Of a DNA stretch of 52,031 nt, positions 17,948-28,478 are shown one piece after another (position 1 is the first letter of the stretch; each line of letters begins with the position of its first letter). Source of the stretch: Syntrophomonadaceae bacterium. Lineage in GTDB: Bacteria; Bacillota; Dethiobacteria; DTU022; UBA8154. The position numbers were made by a program, and so were the translations under genes. The notes beneath the pieces were generated by a model that saw nothing but the letters and a program-made list of their open reading frames with translations, did no database searches and was not told the origin of the DNA. The stretch covers positions 1-52,031 of the forward strand of contig SLRC01000059.1 of NCBI GenBank assembly GCA_007131175.1. Direction: 5' to 3'.

Positions 17948-20290
17948 CTAACGCTCATCCTTCTCTGCCAGAATAAATCCAGCCTGTTCCCTGCCAAGCA
18001 ATACCTGGCGGGGTTTGCTGCCTTCATATTTTCCAATAATCCCCAGACGTTCAAGATCATCAACAATTCGTGCCGCTCTCGTATAGCCGATGCGAAACCG
18101 CCTTTGAATCAGCGATATGGATGCATGCCCCGCTTGCATGATCAATTCCACAACTTCAGGCAAAAGGTCATCCCGTTCCGATATGGGAAGCTCTTCAGGC
18201 TCTTCGCCGTTAAAAAATGATTGCTGGTAGAGGGGGCTACCCTGTTGCTTGATAAATTCCACAACTTTAAATATATCCGTTTCGCTCACAAAAGCCCCCT
18301 GTACTCGCATTGGCTTGTGCATACCCAGCGGGTGATAAAGCATGTCCCCCCGACCAAGAAGTTTTTCTGCCCCACCCATATCCAGTATCGTCCGGGAATC
18401 TGTCTGGGAAGAGACAGCAAATGCAATACGTGAAGTTATATTTGCTTTAATTAAACCGGTAATAACATCCACAGATGGCCGTTGTGTGGCAATAACAAGG
18501 TGAATCCCCGCTGCCCTGGACATTTGGGACAAACGGACAATGTTATCCTCGACTTCCGAGGGGGCCACCATCATCAAATCAGACAGTTCATCAATTACAA
18601 CCACGATATAGGGAAGTTGATTTGTTTGTAACAGTTCATTATAACGACCGATATCACGTACGCCTTGCTGTGCGAACAGGTCGTAACGCCTTTCCATCTC
18701 CCTCACCATACTGCGCAGAGCATTCGCAGATTTTTTGGCATCAGTGACTACAGGGGATATCAGGTGGGGGATGCCATTATAGACATTCAGTTCAACCATC
18801 TTCGGATCAATGAGCAAAAACTTCACTAACCAGGGCTCTGCTTTAAAAAGAAGGCTGCAGATCAACGTATTAATACATACACTTTTACCAGAACCTGTTG
18901 ATCCCGCTATTAACAAGTGTGGCATTTTTAATAAATCTGCAAAAACGGGTGTGCCCGCAATATCCTTGCCCAGACCTATATTCAGCGGAGAAGTCGATTC
19001 TGCAAACAAATTATCTTCCAGCACTTCCCTGAGATAAACCAGGGAAATTATTTTATTCGGAACCTCAATCCCCACAGCCGCTTTTCCCGGAATAGGAGCC
19101 TCAATACGGACATGGGGAGCGGCCATATTGAGAGCCAAATCGTCACTAAGACTGAGAATGCGGCTTACTTTTACCCCCGTTTCCGGTTGTATTTCATAGC
19201 GGGTAACTGCCGGGCCTGCCTGTATCTCTTTTATTTTTACCTTTACGCCGAAGCTGGCAAATGTTTTTTCCAGGGCGCGGGCCCGTTCCTGTATTACCTT
19301 TTGCTGCTGGTAATCACGCAGCTTAAGCACACGTGTAAGCAAATTAAGGGGCGGAAGTTTATAATCGTCTGGAGGGTTGCTGCTAATTTCGAAAGAGCCG
19401 CTTATAATCTGACCATTTTCCTCCCCCCCCGATGCTGCAAAGCCATCTTTATCAGGTGATGGCAAAAGGTGAGGTTTTTCCGTAATAGTCTCTTTTGCCT
19501 CCTTGGTTTCTTCTTTCATTATGGATATTGCATCTTCCCCGGGGGTAAAGGTATGCTCACTTTCATTATCGTCATGGACCTCTATTTCCTGTTCTTCCAG
19601 AGAAAACCCGTCATATTGGTGCACAGGATATTCGGATTTCTTTTGAATACTTTCAGGTTCAAATGTTTGCTCACCCCCGGCAAATTTATTACGGAAAAGA
19701 TAAATACACGTATTTATCAGGTAACGAACAGGGCGTGCCGCCCCGCTTAGAATTTCTACAAGGGAACAATTGGTAAGAAGCAGGAGCGCCACTACACCAA
19801 GGGCACTGATTACAATATAACTTCCTAAATCTTTAAAGAAGAAAAATAAAACAATGGCAAATATTGCACCGATCACACCTCCACCCTGTTGTTGCACCCC
19901 GAGGGCAAACATGGATCGATATAGTTCCGCACCTGTAATCCCGTGCAGTTCCTGCATTGTTATGCGCAAGTGTAAAGAGACGAGCAATAGTGCAAAAACG
20001 ATTATAAGTCCAACTAAACGATAAGAAAAATTCTTAAACTTAAAAGACCATAAATAGCCAAAAGCAATAAAAGCAAAAATAATTGGTATGGTCAGTGCCG
20101 CTTCTCCAAACAGAATACGAAAAACCTCATTTAAAATAAAGCCTGCCCAACCAGTTTGTGATGTGAATTGTATGCCTGCAAAAATGAATATGGCTACTGC
20201 AAACAAAAGAACGGCATAAATCTGGTTATTTAAATTAACAGTTGCTTTTTCTTCTCTTTTTTTACTATTCTGCTTTTTTTTAACCGACAT
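17948..20290 (-). CDS. ftsK: DNA translocase FtsK/SpoIIIE
   Basis: N-terminal TM segments, motor domain (GSTGSGKS, VVIDELSDLM) and a C-terminal gamma winged-helix domain. Confidence 0.95.
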   Translation of the reverse strand: MSVKKKQNSKKREEKATVNLNNQIYAVLLFAVAIFIFAGIQFTSQTGWAGFILNEVFRILFGEAALTIPIIFAFIAFGYLWSFKFKNFSYRLVGLIIVFALLLVSLHLRITMQELHGITGAELYRSMFALGVQQQGGGVIGAIFAIVLFFFFKDLGSYIVISALGVVALLLLTNCSLVEILSGAARPVRYLINTCIYLFRNKFAGGEQTFEPESIQKKSEYPVHQYDGFSLEEQEIEVHDDNESEHTFTPGEDAISIMKEETKEAKETITEKPHLLPSPDKDGFAASGGEENGQIISGSFEISSNPPDDYKLPPLNLLTRVLKLRDYQQQKVIQERARALEKTFASFGVKVKIKEIQAGPAVTRYEIQPETGVKVSRILSLSDDLALNMAAPHVRIEAPIPGKAAVGIEVPNKIISLVYLREVLEDNLFAESTSPLNIGLGKDIAGTPVFADLLKMPHLLIAGSTGSGKSVCINTLICSLLFKAEPWLVKFLLIDPKMVELNVYNGIPHLISPVVTDAKKSANALRSMVREMERRYDLFAQQGVRDIGRYNELLQTNQLPYIVVVIDELSDLMMVAPSEVEDNIVRLSQMSRAAGIHLVIATQRPSVDVITGLIKANITSRIAFAVSSQTDSRTILDMGGAEKLLGRGDMLYHPLGMHKPMRVQGAFVSETDIFKVVEFIKQQGSPLYQQSFFNGEEPEELPISERDDLLPEVVELIMQAGHASISLIQRRFRIGYTRAARIVDDLERLGIIGKYEGSKPRQVLLGREQAGFILAEKDER

Positions 20291-20341
20291 ATGCCCCGTT
20301 ACACCTCGTAATATATTTCGACGTAATTAATAAGAATACCT

Positions 20342-21145
20342 CTACCGGTAGACATTATTTAACAGATATATTATGGTAAATGCTCCGGCCAGCCAACAGT
20401 AATAGGAAAAATAATGAAACTTCCCTGCAGACAACAATTTAATAAAAGTGCGAATAGCCAAAACTCCCGAAGCAAAGGCAAAGAGAGCGCCAACCAGGTA
20501 AACTGGAGTGTCCTGGGGCCAGCCACCAGCCTTTAGCCATTCCGCCAGTTCCAACACATTAGCACCTGCAATGGCAGGTAATGCCAGCAAAAAAGAAAAA
20601 CGTACTGCCGCTTCACGGTTTAGATCCCGCAGCAATGTACCAAATATTGTGGAGCCGGAACGGGATATGCCAGGTATAATTGCCATTCCCTGAAAGATGC
20701 CGATGATGATAGCGTCCTTCCAGCCCATCTCTCGTAAAGTCAGATTACCTGGATTTTTTCCCAGTCCATTGATGAGCCATACGATAAAACCGGTGATCAA
20801 CAGCATAAAGCCAACAACAAGGGGCCTTTCAAATATACTTTTAAAAAACGGGCCAAGTAACAGCCCCAAGAGTCCTGCCGGGACGGTCCCCAGTATTAAC
20901 AGTAAAAAAAGCTTCTGCTGATGGGCACTTTTTGTAATTCCACTAACAAGGTTATAAAGATCGCGCCAAAAAACCCAAATGATCGATAATAATGTGCCAG
21001 CGTGCACTATTACCTCAAAAGTCACCCCGGGCATTTTAACTCCCATAAAAGTTTGTGCCAGGACTAAATGTCCCGAACTGCTTACGGGCAGGAACTCCGT
21101 AAGACCCTGTAACACGCCAAGGAAAATGGCCTCAGCCAGCCCCAT
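20342..21145 (-). CDS. uppP: Undecaprenyl-diphosphate phosphatase
   Basis: BacA/UppP family motifs (EFLPVSSSGH, PGISRSG). 267 aa. Confidence 0.95.
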   Translation of the reverse strand: MGLAEAIFLGVLQGLTEFLPVSSSGHLVLAQTFMGVKMPGVTFEVIVHAGTLLSIIWVFWRDLYNLVSGITKSAHQQKLFLLLILGTVPAGLLGLLLGPFFKSIFERPLVVGFMLLITGFIVWLINGLGKNPGNLTLREMGWKDAIIIGIFQGMAIIPGISRSGSTIFGTLLRDLNREAAVRFSFLLALPAIAGANVLELAEWLKAGGWPQDTPVYLVGALFAFASGVLAIRTFIKLLSAGKFHYFSYYCWLAGAFTIIYLLNNVYR

Positions 21146-21212
21146 ACCTTACCCCCTCACAGTATACCAGGCTTATTATTCTTGAAGGATACACAATTAT
21201 CCTTCCTTGCCT

Positions 21213-22139
21213 TTATTTCTTTTTAATTTTTCCCTGAAACAAGTTAACATACAGATCAACCAATGGTAACAATATAACTGCTCCCAGGATATTATAAAAT
21301 AAATGTGCATTGGCCACTTGTCTTCCCGGATCAGTTGATGTCAACTCAACAATAAAGATAAAGTACGGCCAAAGCGGCAAAACCAAAAGGATAGACAGGG
21401 AGTTAAAAAGGACATGCCCAAGTGCCAGTCGTTGTGCCGGCAATACGGTTCCAATTGAAGCCAGCAGTGATGTCAGACAGGTACCAAGGTCTGCACCTAG
21501 TATGACGGATAGTGCCTCTGTTAGGTTCAATAAGTTTTCCCGGGCAAGTAATACAACCATTCCTGCAGTCACACTGCTGCTCTGTAACATACCTGCTGCA
21601 ATTACGCCTGTTAGAATTCCTTTCCATGTTGATTCACGGCTAAACATATAAATATCCTGGTAATATGATGTAAATTTTAAAGGTTCAAGGCTGTAAACAA
21701 TTAATTCTATTCCTGCAAGTACAACTCCAACTCCAAATAAGACATTGGCGCCAAGTTTCTTTTTAAAAATCGCTTCCCCTAAACCCAGTATAACTGCTGC
21801 TGCAATAATTGGTAAGATGATACTCCACACTTCCAGGGTAAAGAATTGAGAAGTCAGTGTAGTCCCAACATTTGCCCCGATAATTATGTACAAACCCTGA
21901 CGCAAGGAGAAAACCCCACCATTGATAAAACCAATCACAATAACACTAACAGCACTGCTGCTTTGCAGCAGAAACGTGGCTATCATTCCCAGGGAAAAAC
22001 CCTGGAAGCCCTTTTCCGTATAATATTGTAGCAAGCGGTGGAATAAACCGCCACTTATGCTTTTCAAGCTGCCACTGAGAAACTTTATGCCTCCCAGCAA
22101 TAAAACTACAGCAAAAATAAACATGGACGCTGCCAGCAT
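21213..22139 (-). CDS. Na/Pi cotransporter family membrane protein (short form)
   Basis: Polytopic. The repeated GANVGTT / GADLGTC motifs are typical of the NptA family. Confidence 0.75.
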   Translation of the reverse strand: MLAASMFIFAVVLLLGGIKFLSGSLKSISGGLFHRLLQYYTEKGFQGFSLGMIATFLLQSSSAVSVIVIGFINGGVFSLRQGLYIIIGANVGTTLTSQFFTLEVWSIILPIIAAAVILGLGEAIFKKKLGANVLFGVGVVLAGIELIVYSLEPLKFTSYYQDIYMFSRESTWKGILTGVIAAGMLQSSSVTAGMVVLLARENLLNLTEALSVILGADLGTCLTSLLASIGTVLPAQRLALGHVLFNSLSILLVLPLWPYFIFIVELTSTDPGRQVANAHLFYNILGAVILLPLVDLYVNLFQGKIKKK

Positions 22140-22280
22140 TTTTTCCGCCCTTTTTAATTTTTCAACAGTTTTAATTATTTACCGCTTAATTAGAGCAAAT
22201 ATAACCGCATAACTTGGGGAAAATAAGGTGAGATTTAATTGTAAACTGTTATATAAAAAGACAGGAGAGTGAATTATAAA

Positions 22281-23015
22281 ATGGCTGATTTGCATTCTGA
22301 AAGCATCCCCGCAGTACGGGATCCCGCAGAACAGGAAGGAAAAGAAGAAAAACCCGGTAGTGAGAAAACACTTTCCGATTTTGGCCAGCTTTCCCTTCCC
22401 AATTCAGATAATAGTATTTTTACTCTAACTATTATCGGCCAGATTGAGGGGCATATGATTCTGCCGCCACAGAACAAGACAACAAAGTATGAACACGTTA
22501 TTCCACAGCTGGTCGCAGTGGAGCAAAACAATCAAATTGAAGGGGCACTAATCATCCTCAATACGGTAGGGGGAGATGTGGAAGCAGGATTGGCTATTGC
22601 CGAAATGGTCAATACCATATCAAAGCCCACCGTTTCATTGGTTTTAGGAGGCGGTCATTCCATTGCCGTTCCTGTGGCCGTTTCCGCAGACTATTCAATT
22701 ATCACAGAAACTGCCACCATGACTATCCACCCTATTAGACTTACTGGACAGGTGATCGGTATATTCCAGTTTTTTGAATACCTTGACAAAATGCAGGACC
22801 GGGTCATCGAATTTGTTACCAGGCACTCCCGAATGAGCAAAGAAAAATATAAAGAACTAATGTTTAATTCAAGCCAACTCGGAAGGGATATTGGTACAGT
22901 ATTAATTGGGCCCGAAGCGGCAAAGCTTGGCCTCATCGATGCGGTTGGCGGATTAAAAGATGCGGTTAACAAGTTGCAGCAACTAATTGAAGAACATAAA
23001 GTGGAAAAACATTAA
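22281..23015 (+). CDS. tepA: ClpP-fold protein, TepA-like
   Basis: ClpP/TepA family similarity ([15 protein letters not shown]). Followed by ylzJ, as in Bacillus. I prefer the ATG at 22281 over the track's GTG at 22269, which abuts the RBS. Confidence 0.75.
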   Translation: MADLHSESIPAVRDPAEQEGKEEKPGSEKTLSDFGQLSLPNSDNSIFTLTIIGQIEGHMILPPQNKTTKYEHVIPQLVAVEQNNQIEGALIILNTVGGDVEAGLAIAEMVNTISKPTVSLVLGGGHSIAVPVAVSADYSIITETATMTIHPIRLTGQVIGIFQFFEYLDKMQDRVIEFVTRHSRMSKEKYKELMFNSSQLGRDIGTVLIGPEAAKLGLIDAVGGLKDAVNKLQQLIEEHKVEKH

Positions 23016-23028
23016 GGAGTTGATCAGA

Positions 23029-23256
23029 TTGGTTTTGTATACTCCAATCCCCCTTGAGGATGTATTAGCAGACAGGGAAGAGCAGAAAGGTGGCATATTA
23101 AAGATACCTTATAAAGGTGGTATAATTGAAGTGGAAATGACTTCCGCTGTAACAGCTAAAATAATTCGCTTGCACAGTAGTGCCATCAATGATTATCTGC
23201 AGCCTCATTTTCAACCTGGCTCCGAAATAAAGTTAAAATGGGAGTTGGACCATTAA
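23029..23256 (+). CDS. ylzJ: YlzJ-like small protein
   Basis: Position after tepA. TTG at 23029 lies 9 nt after AAGGAG, giving an MVLYTPIPLEDV N-terminus typical of the family. The track start at 22987 overlaps tepA. Confidence 0.55.
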   Translation: MVLYTPIPLEDVLADREEQKGGILKIPYKGGIIEVEMTSAVTAKIIRLHSSAINDYLQPHFQPGSEIKLKWELDH

Positions 23257-23287
23257 AAAAGCAGCCTTTCTTTTCGGCTGCTTTTTT
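23255..23287. terminator. Bidirectional terminator between convergent ylzJ and rnj
   Basis: AAAAAAGCAGCC-uuucuuuuc-GGCUGCUUUUUU. Confidence 0.85.
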
Positions 23288-23302
23288 AAATAAATGATAT
23301 TT

Positions 23303-24988
23303 TTAAATTTCCATTATTATAGGCAATATCATCGGTTTTCTTCCTGTTTTTTCCCATAAAAACCTGTTCATGGACTCTTTAATGCTACTTTTTATGGTAG
23401 CCCAGTCGCTTATATTTTTAAACATCAAGTCGTTTAATACTTTTGTAACGTTTTCCCGGGCTTCCTCTAACAACTCCTCAGATTCTTTTACATAAACAAA
23501 GCCGCGTGAGACTATATCAGGGCCGGATACGATACAATTTTCCTTATTATCGATGGTGAGAACAACAATAAATATGCCGTCTTTAGACAGTATTTGCCGG
23601 TCCCGCAGAACCACACTGCCCACATCACCCACACCAAGGCCGTCCACGTATATGCCGTTTGCAGGGACATTGTTAACAATGCGCCCTCCAGCCTGTGAAA
23701 ACTCAAGCACCGTTCCATTTTCCACAACAAAAATATTTTCTTCTTTCATTCCCAGTTTTATAGCCAGTTTAGCGTGATGAATAAGATGCCTGTATTCGCC
23801 ATGCACGGGAATCAGGTAACGGGGCCGGAGCATATTTAACATTAATTTCAGTTCTTCCTGGCTGCCATGGCCTGAAACATGAACGCCGGAAATGACTTCA
23901 TATATCACCTTTGCACCGCGTTTAAACAGATTGTTGATAGTACGGGCAACCAATTTTTCATTTCCAGGGACGGGAGTGGCGGCAATCACCACTGTGTCCC
24001 CGGGTATAATCTCCATTTTACGGTGATTGGCATTTGCCAGTCTGGCCAGGGCGGAAAGGGGCTCACCCTGGGAACCGGTTGTAAGAATAACAATTTTATC
24101 TTTGGGAAGATGCCTTACTTCTTCCAGTTCAACGAGCGTGCCTGCTGGAACATCTAAATAACCCAGCTCATGCGAAATATCCACCACGTTAACCATACTA
24201 CGGCCATCAACAGCTACTTTCCGTTCCGCAAAAACGGCCGCATTAATAATTTGCTGAATACGATGCACATTGGAAGCAAAAGTTACAATAATAATGCGCT
24301 CTTTGGTCGTCTTGAAAATGTCATTCAGCGTTTCTCCCACTTCCATTTCCGAATGGGTAAATCCGGAACGTTCTGCGTTTGTGCTATCCGAAATAGCCAC
24401 CAGCACCCCTTCACGTCCGATCTCTGCAATGCTGTTAAAATCAGTGATTTTGCCTTGCACGGGAGTATGGTCAAATTTAAAATCGCTCGTATAGACAACA
24501 TTTCCTGCGGGCGTTTTAATAATCATACCAACGGAATCAGGGATACTGTGGTTTGTATTAAAAAATCTAATCTTAAAGTTTCCCTTTTCGATGGTGTCAT
24601 TTGACCTGATCTCATGCAGAACAGCAGTATCCAGCAGTCCGTGTTCCTCCAATTTTATTTTCAGCAGTCCAAGCGTAAGTTTGGTCCCGTAAACAGGAAC
24701 ATTTAATTGGGGGAGTATATACGGTAAGGCACCAATGTGATCTTCGTGACCGTGGGAGAGGAAGATACCTCTGATATTTTCCCGGTGCTCCAGCAAATAA
24801 GTTATGTCCGGGATAACGATATCTACCCCCAGCATTTCGTCCTCTGGAAACATCAACCCTGAATCAAGAACGATAATATCTGATCCATACTGTACAACAA
24901 AAATGTTTTTGCCGATCTCGCCAACCCCACCCAGAGGCACGATCAACAATTTCTCTCGTGAACTCTTCTCTTTTCCCTTGTTACGCAA
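23303..24988 (-). CDS. rnj: Ribonuclease J
   Basis: Metallo-beta-lactamase/beta-CASP fold (HGHEDHIG). I re-set the start to TTG at 24988, 9 nt after GAGAGGTG. This gives about 561 aa, the normal size for RNase J. Confidence 0.93.
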   Translation of the reverse strand: MRNKGKEKSSREKLLIVPLGGVGEIGKNIFVVQYGSDIIVLDSGLMFPEDEMLGVDIVIPDITYLLEHRENIRGIFLSHGHEDHIGALPYILPQLNVPVYGTKLTLGLLKIKLEEHGLLDTAVLHEIRSNDTIEKGNFKIRFFNTNHSIPDSVGMIIKTPAGNVVYTSDFKFDHTPVQGKITDFNSIAEIGREGVLVAISDSTNAERSGFTHSEMEVGETLNDIFKTTKERIIIVTFASNVHRIQQIINAAVFAERKVAVDGRSMVNVVDISHELGYLDVPAGTLVELEEVRHLPKDKIVILTTGSQGEPLSALARLANANHRKMEIIPGDTVVIAATPVPGNEKLVARTINNLFKRGAKVIYEVISGVHVSGHGSQEELKLMLNMLRPRYLIPVHGEYRHLIHHAKLAIKLGMKEENIFVVENGTVLEFSQAGGRIVNNVPANGIYVDGLGVGDVGSVVLRDRQILSKDGIFIVVLTIDNKENCIVSGPDIVSRGFVYVKESEELLEEARENVTKVLNDLMFKNISDWATIKSSIKESMNRFLWEKTGRKPMILPIIMEI

Positions 24989-25069
24989 AAAAAAATAACA
25001 CCTCTCTTTTTGTAAAATTTGTCCGATCACTGCTGTTAATTAAATTATACTCTAAAATGGGCAGAAGAG

Positions 25070-25100
25070 CAAATAAATAAAAATTGCTCGATCAGAGCAA
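25070..25100 (-). terminator. Terminator after dapA
   Basis: Minus strand: AUUGCUC-ugauc-GAGCAAU followed by UUUUUAUUUAUUU. Confidence 0.65.
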
Positions 25101-25129
25101 TTTTAAAGGACATTATGGATTAAACTGGT

Positions 25130-26017
25130 TTAAGAAAGGAGCCCGTATTGGCGTAACAAAACAGCAAGCTTCTCAACCTTATCTTCTGGCAGTGAGGTCA
25201 GGGGAAGGCGAAGGTTTCCCCTGTCCGTCCCTGTTAAGCGCAACGCTTCTTTAAGGGGAATAGGGTTTGTTGACATGAAAAGGGCATTAAACAAAGGTGT
25301 AAGTAATTGATGAGCTTTAATAGCATTATCTACGTTTCCAGAAAAAAATGCGTCAAGCATATCTTTTATTTGCGGACCAACAAGGTGGGATGCTATGCTC
25401 ACCACCCCGGTTCCACCAACGCTTAATATGGGCATTGTTAACACGTCATCCCCGCTGTAAACGGCAAAGCCTGCAGGTGCACCGGCACAAATTTTGGTAA
25501 CCTGTTCAAGGTTTCCACTTGCCTCCTTAACTGCAACAATATTGTCAATTTCTGCCAGGCGCAAGCATGTTTCCGCCGACAAATTGACGCCGGTCCGCCC
25601 GGGAACATTGTAAAGCATTAGTGGCAGGGGAACAGCATTTGCCACACTTTTAAAGTGGAGGAATAATCCTTCCTGGGTAGGCTTATTGTAATAGGGTGTT
25701 ACCAGCATTAGACCATGCACACCTGCTTCTGCAGCCCGGCAACTCATATCTACTGCTTCACGGGTAGAATTACCTCCGGTTCCCGCAATTATCTTAGTCT
25801 TATTTCCCACTGCTTCCACTACAGCTTTGTAAAGATTTATCTTTTCTTCCGAAGTTAGAGAAGGTGACTCCCCTGTAGTGCCTGAAATCACCAATCCATC
25901 GGAAGCTTTTTCTATGAGAAAAAGGGCAATTTCAGTAACTTTATCATAATCAACCTTAAGATCGGAATCAAAAGGGGTTATCATTGCTGTAAGCAGGGAA
26001 CCAAATGGATTGTTCAT
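25130..26017 (-). CDS. dapA: 4-hydroxy-tetrahydrodipicolinate synthase
   Basis: Canonical DapA sequence (GTTGESPSL, YNVPGRTG). Confidence 0.95.
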   Translation of the reverse strand: MNNPFGSLLTAMITPFDSDLKVDYDKVTEIALFLIEKASDGLVISGTTGESPSLTSEEKINLYKAVVEAVGNKTKIIAGTGGNSTREAVDMSCRAAEAGVHGLMLVTPYYNKPTQEGLFLHFKSVANAVPLPLMLYNVPGRTGVNLSAETCLRLAEIDNIVAVKEASGNLEQVTKICAGAPAGFAVYSGDDVLTMPILSVGGTGVVSIASHLVGPQIKDMLDAFFSGNVDNAIKAHQLLTPLFNALFMSTNPIPLKEALRLTGTDRGNLRLPLTSLPEDKVEKLAVLLRQYGLLS

Positions 26018-26128
26018 AGCAAATTAACCTCCTTACCGTGTTGCAAATGTGTAACTAATGCTGATTATAACAAAATGGAACAACATTTTCAAACAGAACT
26101 GGTAATTAAAAGCCTGGTTTCGGATATT

Positions 26129-26716
26129 TTATGCACAGGGCATTAATATGGGCTGTAGCTGCTTTCCCTGTAGCGCTTCCAGTGCAGCTGGAATAATGAG
26201 CTCCATTCTTGCCACCAGCGAGTTTGGCTTTTCCACCGGATTATCCTGTCCGAACGGCACCATAAAAACGCTTCTGGCGTTTAACAGGATGCCAATATTC
26301 CTTGCATTAATTCCAAGCCCATCGTTTGTGGCAATAGCCAGCAAAACGGGAAGCCCGTTACGTAAATGGGCTTTTATAGCCATAAGAACAGTGGTATCAG
26401 TTATACCGTTTGCCAGTTTGGCAAGAGTATTTCCTGTGCAGGGGGCTACTATTAGCAGGTCAAAGAGTTTTCCCGGTCCTATATTTTCAGCCTCAACAAT
26501 ACTGCTAATCGGATAATGCCCGGTTATTTTTTTCAGTCTTTCCAACACCTCCCTCGCCTGGCCAAAACGGGTATTTTCAACCTGCACAGTCTGGGAAACA
26601 ATAGGTAAGACCTTTGCTCCTGCTGCCACAAGCTCTTCAATCTGAAAAAGAGCTGAATCAACGGTACAGTGTGAACCCGTAAGGGCAAAACCCAATCTAA
26701 TCCCTTGCAAATTCAA
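26129..26716 (-). CDS. dpaB: Dipicolinate synthase subunit B
   Basis: Flavoprotein-like SpoVFB family. It overlaps dpaA by 20 nt. Confidence 0.9.
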   Translation of the reverse strand: MNLQGIRLGFALTGSHCTVDSALFQIEELVAAGAKVLPIVSQTVQVENTRFGQAREVLERLKKITGHYPISSIVEAENIGPGKLFDLLIVAPCTGNTLAKLANGITDTTVLMAIKAHLRNGLPVLLAIATNDGLGINARNIGILLNARSVFMVPFGQDNPVEKPNSLVARMELIIPAALEALQGKQLQPILMPCA

Positions 26717-27617
26717 GATATTTACCTCCTTTCAGTGCGGAAACAATCAGATAAGGATAAACCTGGCAAAGTATTTTGCCTGCTGTTTTCGGTGCAACCT
26801 TCCCGGGCAAGCCAGGCAGGACAACAGTTTTTATACCCATCCGGCCGGCTGCAGCAAAATCTATGCCTCCCGGAGATGTAGCCAAATCAATAATTAAAAC
26901 TTCCTTTTTAACCTGACAAAGTATTTCCCCATCCACCGTTACAGCAGGGATCGTGTTAAAAATAATTTCCGCTTTTTTTATTCCTTTTGCCAGATCATAC
27001 AATTGCACCGGCTTCATGTTGGAAGCCTGGACCCACGCCAGTATTTCGTTGCGGCGAGCTGCTACGCTCACATTGGCACCAATTCTTTTTAATGTTTCTG
27101 CCAATATCTTCCCACACCGGCCAAAACCCAGCACAAAGCACTGACTGTTATGAATGGTAATATCTGTATGCTGCATCGCTACCTGAATAGCCCCCTCTGC
27201 AGTGGGGATAGCGTTTAGAATGGAAATCTCATCCATCTCCCTCGTTTCACAGACAATCACATTTTTTTGCTGTAATGACTTTTTGACCAGGGGATTTATA
27301 TATCCGGCAATGAAAAGTGTTCCTGCTTGAATGTTCTCCTGAAAGACCGGATCAGGTACATGAATCCTTCCATCAAAATATGGAGTATAAATTAAACCAT
27401 CTTCTTCAATGCCGCTTAGGGGTGTAATGATTACATTAGCACGCCGCAGTTCCTCAGCCAGATCACGGGCAAGATATATATCGTTAAAGGGTTTGCCTTC
27501 GTTAAAGCCGTGCATAGAAACCTGGGCACCCATTTTACGCAAGTGGAAATAAAGTTCCAGTTCCCTTTTATCTCCACCAATTAACAATATCTTCAACCCT
27601 TTTAAGGAAAAATCCAA
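26697..27617 (-). CDS. dpaA: Dipicolinate synthase subunit A
   Basis: SpoVFA family with a Rossmann fold (VLGFGRCG). Confidence 0.9.
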   Translation of the reverse strand: MDFSLKGLKILLIGGDKRELELYFHLRKMGAQVSMHGFNEGKPFNDIYLARDLAEELRRANVIITPLSGIEEDGLIYTPYFDGRIHVPDPVFQENIQAGTLFIAGYINPLVKKSLQQKNVIVCETREMDEISILNAIPTAEGAIQVAMQHTDITIHNSQCFVLGFGRCGKILAETLKRIGANVSVAARRNEILAWVQASNMKPVQLYDLAKGIKKAEIIFNTIPAVTVDGEILCQVKKEVLIIDLATSPGGIDFAAAGRMGIKTVVLPGLPGKVAPKTAGKILCQVYPYLIVSALKGGKYLEFARD

Positions 27618-27694
27618 TTACCTCCCCCCTTTATGCTCTAACATTATTCCGTGTTTATACAACATAGTATGAATATTATGTTAGGTGTGTGAAA

Positions 27695-27726
27695 TAAAAA
27701 AGCGCCTTTTGTAAGGCGCTTTTTTA
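27695..27726 (-). terminator. Rho-independent terminator downstream of the stress gene and repeat copy 2
   Basis: AAAAAAGCGCC-(8 nt loop)-GGCGCUUUUUU. Confidence 0.85.
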
Positions 27727-27750
27727 TTTTTTTAAATGACTGTCCGGAAA

Positions 27751-27830
27751 TAAAGTCCAACCCTGCACCGCTCGGCTTACTGTTGCATTTTCATCCTTCT
27801 GATGGTGCCGGCAACGCAGGGGCCGTCGTG
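27751..27830 (-). repeat. 80-nt dispersed repeat, copy 2
   Basis: See copy 1. It begins 14 nt after the stop of the stress-protein gene and ends about 25 nt before the terminator. Confidence 0.85.
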
Positions 27831-27843
27831 GTCTTCTGTCTTT

Positions 27844-28341
27844 TTAATGACTTTCCACATCTTCCGCTCCGTATCTTTTAAGCAGAGAAGTCACCTGATC
27901 CGTTTTATCATCTTCTACTTTCAATGTGACAAGAATATTTCCCTGTTTGACCCTGCTTTCAAAATAACGGCTTCTTTCTTCAGGAATGCCATAATCTACA
28001 AGGCCTCCAACGATTCCCCCTCCAACTACTCCCGTAAGAAAGGCAGCCAGCGGTCCTGCAGCCACAATAGGACCCACTCCCGGTATGAGCAGTGCTCCAG
28101 CTCCGGCCAAAATACCGGCCACGCCACCAAGCGCACCCCCGGTTATAACCCCTTCACTTAGATCCTGCTGCTCCATTGTAAAACCCTGGCCCCTGTCTCC
28201 ACCGCCCTCTTCACTTTCACCCTGCTTATCCTTAACAATCAAAGATATATCTCTTTCATCGAAACCCTGAGATCTGAGATCATTGATTGCCTCTTTTGCC
28301 CTGTCTTCATGGTTAAAAACACCAATAACCGCTTTTGACAT
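27844..28341 (-). CDS. General stress protein, YflT/GSP17M-like N-domain plus Gly-zipper membrane segment
   Basis: VIGVFNHEDRAKEAINDLRSQGFDERDISL, then a Gly-rich hydrophobic stretch. I re-set the start to ATG at 28341, 7 nt after AGGAGGT. Confidence 0.75.
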   Translation of the reverse strand: MSKAVIGVFNHEDRAKEAINDLRSQGFDERDISLIVKDKQGESEEGGGDRGQGFTMEQQDLSEGVITGGALGGVAGILAGAGALLIPGVGPIVAAGPLAAFLTGVVGGGIVGGLVDYGIPEERSRYFESRVKQGNILVTLKVEDDKTDQVTSLLKRYGAEDVESH

Positions 28342-28478
28342 ATTTAATACCTCCTGGAATGTTTTTTTGTGCTTAAAATTATTATTTCCCACCGCAATCC
28401 TTCTATACATTCCAGGAAGGTGCCATTTGTTTTGTATCAAAAACCAAGCTCCTGTAATCCTGATGCAGATGTTTTATC

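Noticed and set aside
7617-27830. The two 80-nt direct repeats as att sites bounding a 20-kb integrated element
   Set aside because: The intervening genes are core housekeeping genes (rny, recA, rimO, ftsK, uppP, rnj, dapA, dpaAB). There is no integrase, phage gene or plasmid gene, and composition is normal.
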